A stretch of 41,344 nt of DNA, taken from positions 1 through 41,344 of the forward strand of contig JAUYUF010000085.1 in the NCBI GenBank assembly GCA_030694835.1, read 5' to 3'. Source of the stretch: Flavobacteriaceae bacterium. GTDB lineage: Bacteria; Bacteroidota; Bacteroidia; Flavobacteriales; Flavobacteriaceae. Shown here piece after piece: positions 10,034 through 17,629 of the stretch (position 1 is the stretch's first letter; each line of letters opens with the position of its first letter). The notes under the pieces were generated by a model. The model saw only the letters and a list, made by a program, of their open reading frames with translations, had not been told where the DNA came from and did no database searches. Both the position numbers and the translations under genes were made by a program.

Positions 10034-12724
10034 TTAAAATCGGTATTCCATTTTTAACAACAGGTGTCTTGGTAGTATTCTATATTCAGATTTTGAAATA
10101 CTGATGTCTGAAATTGAATAATTTTTAAACGTTGTAGTATTGAAAAGATTATTGCCAGAAAGCGAAAAAGTTAGTTTGTTTTCTTTAACAGTATATCTTG
10201 CTTCTAAATCAAGAAAATTATAAGTATTGTTATTCCTATCCAAACTTCCAAAAAAGTAGCGTTCCGTTTGGAATTTAATGTCTAATTTGTCGCTAAAAAT
10301 AAAAAACAAATCCAAGAATGACATATTATTGGTAAATGAATGGGTGCTACTTGTTTTGATTTCATTAAAGTTCCATTTTGATCCGATATGATAATTAAAA
10401 ACACCTTTAAAACCAGAACGAAGTTCAAGGCCATAATTGATACTATTACTTTTAACTTCTCTTAAATGAGCATTATTTACGCTGTTTTTATAATTAGATT
10501 TTGTTGCATCCAAAGTTATTTTTAAGTTCGTTGATACTGATTTAAAATAGCGGTCAATGTTTGATGAAAAAGTAATGGATTCTCTGTCTTTAATAATAAT
10601 TTTTTCAGATTGTGAGTAATTTTGAGAAATAGTGCTGTTGGTGCTGAAAAAATCGTGATTTTTGTTATACATCAAAAAGGCAGTAGCAAAAAACTTCTGT
10701 CCCCAACTCCCCAACGAATAATTTAAAAGTATGGTAGAAGCGTCAGTTTGATTGAATGTCCCTGTTCCTTTACTAAACGACCTAAACCCGGTTAAAATGT
10801 ACTGATTGTGCACTTCTAAAATTGAAGCATTGGTAGTATTATACGAATATGAGGTGCTTAATTTATTTGTTTTATTAATTTCCCATACTATACCTACTTT
10901 TGGATTCACAAAAAATGGAAGTTGGGTTTGCTTATTCTCCATTGTTTCTAATTGATTATATAATTGATGTAAATCCAATTGACTGAAGAAAGTGTATTTT
11001 TTAAATTTATAGCGATATTTCGTATTCAAGTATATATCATTTACATGATAACTTATCTTATTTTGATAGCCCAAAGGTTGTGAAATAATTGCTTCATTCT
11101 CTTTCAACTGAAAATCAGAAATTAAATCATCTGTCCTATATTGATTCCCCATTTGAAATTCAAACAAACTTCCATTAGTTTTTTTGTTCATTAAATGCGC
11201 ATCAAAACCTACAAATTGCATTTTATTTTCACTGGTTTGAACAGTATTATTTGCATTTTCTGTAAATAAATCAGAAAATAAAAATTGATTAACCGAATAA
11301 TTCTGAGGTGTTTTTTCGTTGATGTATCTACCTGTTAATAAAATTACTTTATTGTCTTTAAACTTGTTTGTAATAACTAATTTTTGGTCAAAAAGCTGGT
11401 TGTTGCTTTTTTGTTTTTCGTTAAGCAAATCTCCGTTAAAAGTTAAATCGCTTCTGTTTTCTTCGTTAGTCGAATTAAATTTCCCAGTGTATTCTATAGT
11501 TTTAGTTTTCGAAATATCATAAGTAAAATCTATTTTACCAAACCCCGTTATTTTTTTCTTACGTAAAATAAAATCTTCTGTATTTTCAAATGAAGTATTT
11601 CTAACAATAAATGATTGAAAACTGTTTCTGTAAAAATCGTTTTCATCCCAATTAAAAAATCCTAAGGTTTTCATTTTTACTTTTTCTGAAAGTGTAAAAA
11701 TAGCATTTAATGACAGTAATTCTGCATTATTAAAAAGCACTCTTTTTTGTTTTAAATTTGGAACATAAGTACCTAAATCAAGTAAGTTAAACGCATTTTG
11801 ATTATCACCAATACTAGCGGGTTCATTCCATCGAAAGGGTCTGATTAGTTGATTAATATCTCCTATGGCGTCTTTGCCCACATTGTTTAAATTGGCAAGA
11901 AAATAGTATTTGTTTTTCTTTCCAAAATTCATCAAATTACTTTTTAATTCATATCTTTTTTCAGAAACCAAATCATGTGCGGCAGAAAAATTACCAAACC
12001 ATTGCCGTTTAGCTTCTTCTTTCAATTTAAGATTTAATGCTACTTTATCGCTATTTTCAATACCTTTTAAATGTTTGTTATTAGAATAACGTTGCAATAG
12101 TTCTACTTTATCTATGGAATGCGCTGGCATATTTTTGGTGAGTAATTTGTATCCTTTTTCAAAAAAATCATCACCATCAATCATTACTTTTTCAACTTCT
12201 TGGTTGCCCACTTTAATGGTACCATCATTTGAAACATTGAGTCCGGGAATTCTCCTAAGTAAATCTTCTACTACTTGTTCATTGCCAATGGCAAATGAAT
12301 GAGCATTAAAAACTATGGTGTCTTTTTTAATGGTTATGGGTCTTTCTGCATTAACGATGACTTCTTTAAGTGCTACTGGTTGATAGTTTAAAACTGCATT
12401 TTGTACAATTTGCTGCTTTTCATCTATAATTTCAATAGGAACTGTGGTGGTTTTGTATGATAAGCCCGTAAAGTGCAATAAAAATTTCCCTTTTTTGGTT
12501 GTTTTAAGCAAAAAATTTCCGCTATTATCTGAGTAGGCAAACGCTACAACACTTTGGCTGTTTTCGGGTTTTAGGATAATATTGGCAAAAGAAATGGGTT
12601 GGTTATTTTCATCTTTGATAGTGCCAGAAACGGTAGTTTGGGCAACTAAATATTTGGATGCCAATAAAATAAATAAAACTATAAAATGATTGTATTTCAA
12701 TATCAAAAGAGATTTTATTAGCAT
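10034..12724 (-). CDS. Outer-membrane beta-barrel protein with N-terminal CarboxypepD_reg-like domain (TonB-dependent-receptor-like)
   Basis: Signal peptide, a Ig-like TVSGTIKDENNQPISFANIIL domain and a plug-like region (IPGLNVSNDGTIKVGNQEV). A long beta-rich region ends in the terminal ...KMEYRF aromatic residue. The ATG at 12724 overlaps the upstream stop (TGATG). The track's TTG at 12727 is the alternative start. Confidence 0.8.
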   Translation of the reverse strand: MLIKSLLILKYNHFIVLFILLASKYLVAQTTVSGTIKDENNQPISFANIILKPENSQSVVAFAYSDNSGNFLLKTTKKGKFLLHFTGLSYKTTTVPIEIIDEKQQIVQNAVLNYQPVALKEVIVNAERPITIKKDTIVFNAHSFAIGNEQVVEDLLRRIPGLNVSNDGTIKVGNQEVEKVMIDGDDFFEKGYKLLTKNMPAHSIDKVELLQRYSNNKHLKGIENSDKVALNLKLKEEAKRQWFGNFSAAHDLVSEKRYELKSNLMNFGKKNKYYFLANLNNVGKDAIGDINQLIRPFRWNEPASIGDNQNAFNLLDLGTYVPNLKQKRVLFNNAELLSLNAIFTLSEKVKMKTLGFFNWDENDFYRNSFQSFIVRNTSFENTEDFILRKKKITGFGKIDFTYDISKTKTIEYTGKFNSTNEENRSDLTFNGDLLNEKQKSNNQLFDQKLVITNKFKDNKVILLTGRYINEKTPQNYSVNQFLFSDLFTENANNTVQTSENKMQFVGFDAHLMNKKTNGSLFEFQMGNQYRTDDLISDFQLKENEAIISQPLGYQNKISYHVNDIYLNTKYRYKFKKYTFFSQLDLHQLYNQLETMENKQTQLPFFVNPKVGIVWEINKTNKLSTSYSYNTTNASILEVHNQYILTGFRSFSKGTGTFNQTDASTILLNYSLGSWGQKFFATAFLMYNKNHDFFSTNSTISQNYSQSEKIIIKDRESITFSSNIDRYFKSVSTNLKITLDATKSNYKNSVNNAHLREVKSNSINYGLELRSGFKGVFNYHIGSKWNFNEIKTSSTHSFTNNMSFLDLFFIFSDKLDIKFQTERYFFGSLDRNNNTYNFLDLEARYTVKENKLTFSLSGNNLFNTTTFKNYSISDISISKSEYRILPRHLLLKMEYRF

Positions 12725-13476
12725 CAATTTTGTTTTTCATTTTCCAATTTAAACTCTTTTTCTAAAAATTCATCAACATTTATTTTTATTTCTACATCTC
12801 TTGGTAGCTTCGCTTTTAGTTTTGCTTTTAAATTTTCAACAAATTGTTTATTTTCTTCAACAGATTGTTTTTGTGTAATTATTCTATCATATTTATTTAA
12901 AATTCTATGGATTACTACAGGTTTGGTATGTTGATAATTAATTTTATCAAATGAAACATTAAGAAAACCATCCGTTGTTTTCAATTCTAGAATAATCCCT
13001 GGTAATCCTCCCATTTTAAGCGGCCCATTGTTAACTGGTATTTGGTCACAATACCAAGCAATGTAGTTTCTTCCTCTAAAATTAGTATGTGCTTTTGTTA
13101 ATGATAATTCATTTATTTTTTTGGTTTCCTCTGTAATTGTCCAATTTAAATTTGGAAAATCATCGTTAATTAATTTTACTTCCGTAGCAGATGCTTCTCT
13201 TGTAAGCAATTTGTTTTCTGAATGATTTTTATAAATTACAGAACCAATATCATCGGTAATATTGTAAATTAAATTAGTATATGAAGTAGTATCTATTTTA
13301 GTATGATTCCCAAATAGATAGATAGATTCATTATTGTCAAAAAATAAGGAAGCGTTGGTTATATGTCTTCCCATAGCCTGAGTATATTCAATTTTTACCC
13401 ACTTATTATCTTGAGAAGACACATTTGTATAACTAATGATTAAAAATACTACAATAAAATATTTCAGCGAACTCAT
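12724..13476 (-). CDS. GLPGLI family protein (TIGR01200-type)
   Basis: 250 aa with a signal peptide and the family signature as GGLPGIILE. Confidence 0.8.
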   Translation of the reverse strand: MSSLKYFIVVFLIISYTNVSSQDNKWVKIEYTQAMGRHITNASLFFDNNESIYLFGNHTKIDTTSYTNLIYNITDDIGSVIYKNHSENKLLTREASATEVKLINDDFPNLNWTITEETKKINELSLTKAHTNFRGRNYIAWYCDQIPVNNGPLKMGGLPGIILELKTTDGFLNVSFDKINYQHTKPVVIHRILNKYDRIITQKQSVEENKQFVENLKAKLKAKLPRDVEIKINVDEFLEKEFKLENEKQN

Positions 13477-13535
13477 GTTTGTAAATTTAAAATATTCTGC
13501 AGAGGGATTGATTTTATTCCATTTGCAAAAAATAT

Positions 13536-14309
13536 TTATTGTTTATTTTCAATTTTTTTGGAACAATCCTCACAATTATCTTTGAATTTTATTGGATTTG
13601 ATCCTTTTGGAGATCTTGAACTTAATACTTTTTCTAAATTTTCGATACGCTTATTAACTTTATTATCATAATCCTCAGCTGTTATAGATTTTGTAAAATC
13701 AATTGCTTTTATCTTATTATCAATATCATAAGTTGAGCTACCTACGTTAATTTCTTTTGCAAGAAAATAGATTAGGTAATTCTCTTCATAAGCTTCAAGA
13801 ATAAGTCCACCTAACCCATGAAGTTTGTGTGGCCCGTAAGGTATAGGTATTTCACTTGTAAACCAAGCTATATAGTTTTTGCCTCTAAAATTTGTAATTG
13901 CTTTTTGACATAAAAATTGATCTATTTTTTTTGTTTCATTTATTAAAGCCCATTTTAAAAAAGTCGAATCTTCTTTTATTAAGTATTCCTCATCACCATC
14001 AATAAGCCCAATAAACAATTCTTTATTCATATATCTATTTAGTATAAAATTAGGCAAACCAAAAACTTTTTCACTGTTTGAATGATATATAGTAGTTCCG
14101 TCATTAATTTTTTCAACACCGTTATTTCTTGAAAACCATTCATAGTATGAATTATTATTATCAAAAAATAAAATAGCTTCAAATGTTATCAAGCTAGGAT
14201 TTCTTTGAGTTTGTTCATATTTTATTTTGCCATAAAATTTCCCTTTTTGTGCTGTTATATTAAAACTTAGAAATAAGCCCATAAAAATAACTAACCCTAT
14301 TTTTTTCAT
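13536..14309 (-). CDS. GLPGLI family protein, divergent paralog
   Basis: 257 aa with a signal peptide. Shares the NFRGxNYIAW and HGLGGLILE blocks with the neighbouring paralog. Confidence 0.75.
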   Translation of the reverse strand: MKKIGLVIFMGLFLSFNITAQKGKFYGKIKYEQTQRNPSLITFEAILFFDNNNSYYEWFSRNNGVEKINDGTTIYHSNSEKVFGLPNFILNRYMNKELFIGLIDGDEEYLIKEDSTFLKWALINETKKIDQFLCQKAITNFRGKNYIAWFTSEIPIPYGPHKLHGLGGLILEAYEENYLIYFLAKEINVGSSTYDIDNKIKAIDFTKSITAEDYDNKVNKRIENLEKVLSSRSPKGSNPIKFKDNCEDCSKKIENKQ

Positions 14310-14325
14310 AAAATGTTATTTTAAA

Positions 14326-14356
14326 GCAATGCTCAACAATAATTGTCAAGCATTGC
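14326..14356 (-). promoter_or_regulatory. 31-nt near-perfect palindrome (attenuator/terminator or operator)
   Basis: gcaatgct (14326-14333) pairs with agcattgc (14349-14356), plus an inner 4-5 bp. It lies between the stop of the small ORF and the start of the first GLPGLI gene. Confidence 0.4.
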
Positions 14357-14376
14357 AATTCAATTTAAATGTTTTA

Positions 14377-14628
14377 TTATTCCGCAAGTACTATATACCT
14401 ACAATCAACTTCTTCCCAATCTGTGCATCTTTTATACTCATACCCTTCAGATCCGGTATATGTAGTACATTTTCTCGCATAACATGTATCAAGACCCATC
14501 TCATTTTGAATAATAATAAATTCGGTTGATTCAGTTGTATTTAAAACTTTTTTTTCAATATCAACATTAGCAAATGAATTTAAAGAAAATAGCATTACAA
14601 CAATTAAACTAATAATCAATTTTTTCAT
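14377..14628 (-). CDS. Small secreted cysteine-rich protein (83 aa precursor)
   Basis: Start placed at MKKLIISLIVVMLFSLNSFA, a classic signal peptide (AxA-like SFA/N). The mature part of about 63 aa carries C-x4-C-x13-C-x7-C. The 35 codons upstream in the track ORF read through a T14 tract and look non-coding. Confidence 0.6.
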   Translation of the reverse strand: MKKLIISLIVVMLFSLNSFANVDIEKKVLNTTESTEFIIIQNEMGLDTCYARKCTTYTGSEGYEYKRCTDWEEVDCRYIVLAE

Positions 14629-14818
14629 AATTTTTAAATTTTGTGTCAGAATAATTTTCCAACGGTTAAACAATTGGTTGCAATTTTTGGAATTCCGACA
14701 GCTAAACAAAAAAAAAAAAAACGAATTATGCAAAAGAATTTTACAAGCGTTATGATCTATCTAATGAACGCTTAATATTTGTAGTAATATGATAATGATA
14801 TATGAATATTATTTTAAT

Positions 14819-14995
14819 CCGTTGGGTGTAATTAGTTTTTGATAATAATTTTTTGTCAGTTCGAGTGATTTTCGATAGAAAATCTTATCGAAAACAAGAA
14901 AAATTTCATTTAAAACGGTTCTCGATACATTTTTTGTTCCGTTTTACTACACAAAAAACACTCGAACTGACATTTTTAATAATTACACCCAACGG
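14819..14995. repeat. 177-bp nested palindromic (MITE/REP-like) element
   Basis: Outer 16-bp perfect inverted repeat ccgttgggtgtaatta (14819-14834) / taattacacccaacgg (14980-14995). Inner 14-bp IR tgtcagttcgagtg (14854-14867) / cactcgaactgaca (14959-14972). Two internal hairpins: 14869-14877/14886-14894 and 14912-14918/14939-14945. Confidence 0.75.
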
Positions 14996-15074
14996 GTGAT
15001 TTTACAAATTTTGTATTTTTTTAAATTAGAAAAAATGCAGAAATCAAAAAAAACAGTTAATGAAAATTTATTGC

Positions 15075-15170
15075 TAATCGCATTTTTATATATATAAAAC
15101 AGAACGTAATCTATTATTTATATATAAATAGTAGAATATAATCGTATTTTTATATATTTGTATTCTATCT
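15075..15170 (+). repeat. Three tandem 32-bp phased direct repeats (iteron/operator-like)
   Basis: Units start at 15075, 15107 and 15139 with the core TAATCGCATTTTTATATATA / TAATCTATTATTTATATATA / TAATCGTATTTTTATATATT. Over the first 20 nt, identity to unit 1 is 16/20 for unit 2 and 18/20 for unit 3. The unit tails diverge. Confidence 0.7.
15153..15160 (+). promoter_or_regulatory. -7 box TATATTTG inside repeat unit 3
   Basis: Matches TAnnTTTG. It ends 33 nt upstream of the ATG at 15194. Confidence 0.45.
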
Positions 15171-15193
15171 GAACTGTTAAATTTATGTAAATT

Positions 15194-16336
15194 ATGCTTA
15201 ATGTTACAAGAAAACTCAAAGATAATCTGCTTGAAAAATGGGATTCGGGCAAGGTTCTGATCGTAATTGGACCGAGACAAGTTGGAAAAACAACGCTTAT
15301 AAAATCGCTTTGCGAAACAGAAGGGAATTATCTTTTTATTAATGGTGATGACCCTGAAGATAGGTTAATACTTGATAATGCAGGAGAAAACAAACTTCGT
15401 AATATCATCAGTAATCATAAAACCATTTTTTTTGATGAAGCCCAACGCATCAAAAATATCGGAATAATTCTCAAAATTATACACGATCAAATTAAAGGGA
15501 TTCGTATCGTAGTCAGCGGATCATCTGCCTTAGAAATTGCTAATGAAATCAATGAGCCATTAACGGGCAGAAAGTGGGAGTTTAATTTATTTCCGCTAAC
15601 CTATCAAGAACTTCAACATCATTATGGATATTTAAACAACGCCAAAAATCTTTCACGTTATTTAGTTTATGGTATGTACCCAGAGGTTATCACCCATTAT
15701 AAAGATGCCGAGAGTATTTTAAAACAATTAGCTGGAAGTTATCTTTATAAAGATTTATTACAATACCAAGGAATTCGTAAATCAGAAGTTTTAGATAAAT
15801 TATTATTGGCATTAGCTTTACAGCTTGGTTCAGAAGTTAATTATAATGAACTTTCAAGAACAATTGGGGTTGATAGAGCAACCGTAGAGCACTATATTTC
15901 TTTACTAGAAAAAGCATTTGTAGTTTTTAGGCTACCTCCTTTAAGTAGAAATATTCGCAATGAAATCAATACTTCTCGAAAAATCTATTTTTATGATAAC
16001 GGAATTAGAAACACTATTATCGGAAATTTTAAATCCATAGAATTCCGCCAAGACCTAGGTATTTTATGGGAAAACTTTATTATTTCTGAAAGGATAAAAC
16101 AATTAAACTACCACAAATGGCATGGTCGATATTATTTTTGGAGAACCTATCAGCAACAAGAGATTGATTGGATTGAAGAAATTGATGGCTCATTTGCTGC
16201 GTTTGAATTTAAGTGGAATGTTAAAAAATTAAGTAAAAAATTCCCGAAAACTTTTATAGATAATTATCCTATATCAAAAACTTTAGTGGTAACACCCGAT
16301 AATATCGATGAGTTTTTGAATCATTACATTTTGTAA
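15194..16336 (+). CDS. AAA-family ATPase with C-terminal DUF4143 (PD-(D/E)xK-like) domain
   Basis: Walker A GPRQVGKTT and Walker B IFFDEAQ. The C-terminal EIDWIEE...AFEFKW resembles a D...ExK nuclease motif. 380 aa, typical AAA_14+DUF4143 architecture. Confidence 0.8.
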   Translation: MLNVTRKLKDNLLEKWDSGKVLIVIGPRQVGKTTLIKSLCETEGNYLFINGDDPEDRLILDNAGENKLRNIISNHKTIFFDEAQRIKNIGIILKIIHDQIKGIRIVVSGSSALEIANEINEPLTGRKWEFNLFPLTYQELQHHYGYLNNAKNLSRYLVYGMYPEVITHYKDAESILKQLAGSYLYKDLLQYQGIRKSEVLDKLLLALALQLGSEVNYNELSRTIGVDRATVEHYISLLEKAFVVFRLPPLSRNIRNEINTSRKIYFYDNGIRNTIIGNFKSIEFRQDLGILWENFIISERIKQLNYHKWHGRYYFWRTYQQQEIDWIEEIDGSFAAFEFKWNVKKLSKKFPKTFIDNYPISKTLVVTPDNIDEFLNHYIL

Positions 16337-16380
16337 TTTCTTGTAAAAAATCAAATTTCAACATATTTGATAGAAAATTG

Positions 16381-16388
16381 TATTTTTG
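16381..16388 (+). promoter_or_regulatory. -7 box TATTTTTG
   Basis: Matches TAnnTTTG. It ends 27 nt upstream of the ATG at 16416. Confidence 0.4.
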
Positions 16389-16415
16389 GTAAATTCATCA
16401 ACTAAATAATAATTT

Positions 16416-17534
16416 ATGGAAAGATTTTTAGGAATTATTCTTTTTTTCTCGCTATTTTTTTGGGGATGTAAAACTCACAAAACTACAGAATCCAAAGTAG
16501 CTTATGACGGAAAATCAGGCGCTACCAAAATTGTAAATACACTTCATTATCCTCAAGAAAAAAATCTAAAAAACATTAAACAACTTACTTTTGGAGGAGA
16601 TAATGCTGAGGCTTACTGGAGTTTTGATAATCAATCAATCGTGTTTCAAGCGACTAATAAAGCTTGGAATATAAAATGCGACCAAATTTACACCATGCCA
16701 ATTACACAAGATTTAAGTAAAGGCGCAATTCCTCAATTAATTAGCAATGGTTTGGGAAGAACTACTTGTAGCTATTTTCTACCAGAAAACAAATCAATTG
16801 TATATTCTTCTACACATTTAGCAGATTATCAATGTCCACCAGTACCTAATAAAGAAGATTATGGTGGAAAATATGTGTGGCCAGTTTATGATTCCTTTGA
16901 TATTTTTACAGCCGATTTAAATGGAAATCAACTAAAACAATTAACCAATACTCCGGGTTATGATGCAGAGCCAACAGTATCTCCAAAAGGTGATAAAATT
17001 GTGTTTACTTCTATGCGTAGTGGCGATTTAGAATTATACACCATGAATATAGATGGAACTGATGTAAAACAAGTAACTAATGAATTAGGATATGATGGTG
17101 GTGCCTTCTTTTCGCCTGACGGAAGTAAACTTGTTTTCAGAACTTCCAGACCTAAAACTCCAGAAGAAATAAAAGAATACAAAGATTTGCTGGCTAAAGG
17201 ATTGGTACAACCAACCAATATGGAACTATATGTTTGCAATGTAGATGGAACCGAAATGCAAAAAATAACCAACTTAGGCAATGCTAATTGGGCTCCTTTT
17301 TTCCACCCAGCAGGTAAAAAACTTATTTTTTCAAGTAATCATAAAACCAAGCGAAGTTTTAATTTATTTATGATTAATCTAGATGGAACTGGATTAGAAC
17401 AAATCACCTATGATTCTGTTTTTGATGCCTTTCCAATGTTCTCTTTTGATGGTAAAAAACTTATTTTTTCATCCAACAGAAATAATAATGGAACATCTGA
17501 CACTAATTTGTTTATAGCAGACTGGGTAGATTAA
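16416..17534 (+). CDS. PD40/WD40-like beta-propeller repeat lipoprotein (TolB-like)
   Basis: Lipobox FFWGC. Repeated motifs of the type 'P.SPDG.K..F.S.R.G..(E|D)LY..N.DG'. Confidence 0.75.
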   Translation: MERFLGIILFFSLFFWGCKTHKTTESKVAYDGKSGATKIVNTLHYPQEKNLKNIKQLTFGGDNAEAYWSFDNQSIVFQATNKAWNIKCDQIYTMPITQDLSKGAIPQLISNGLGRTTCSYFLPENKSIVYSSTHLADYQCPPVPNKEDYGGKYVWPVYDSFDIFTADLNGNQLKQLTNTPGYDAEPTVSPKGDKIVFTSMRSGDLELYTMNIDGTDVKQVTNELGYDGGAFFSPDGSKLVFRTSRPKTPEEIKEYKDLLAKGLVQPTNMELYVCNVDGTEMQKITNLGNANWAPFFHPAGKKLIFSSNHKTKRSFNLFMINLDGTGLEQITYDSVFDAFPMFSFDGKKLIFSSNRNNNGTSDTNLFIADWVD

Positions 17535-17560
17535 CAAATATAAAAACATAACAATCAAAG

Positions 17561-17599
17561 GCTGAGGCGCTTAAAAAAGCATTTCAGCTTTATTTTTTT
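17561..17599 (+). terminator. Probable rho-independent terminator
   Basis: Imperfect stem gctga..gctt / aagc..tcagc followed by TTTATTTTTTT. Confidence 0.5.
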
Positions 17600-17629
17600 G
17601 ACTATCTTGCAGCCGATTTAAGATTGAAC

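Noticed and set aside
14629-14733. 35-codon N-terminal extension of the small peptide ORF (MHNSFFFFLFSC...).
   Set aside because: It reads through the T14 homopolymer and has no signal-peptide logic. The internal MKKLIISL... start gives a canonical secretion signal.
14855-14972. tRNA-like GTTCGAGTG (T-loop-like) strings.
   Set aside because: They are the two arms of an inverted repeat. No acceptor stem, D-arm or anticodon arm can be drawn.
15075-15170. Possible mini-CRISPR array (three ~32-bp units).
   Set aside because: The units are contiguous with no repeat/spacer alternation and are extremely AT-rich. No cas genes or leader are present. They are better described as phased operator/iteron-like repeats.
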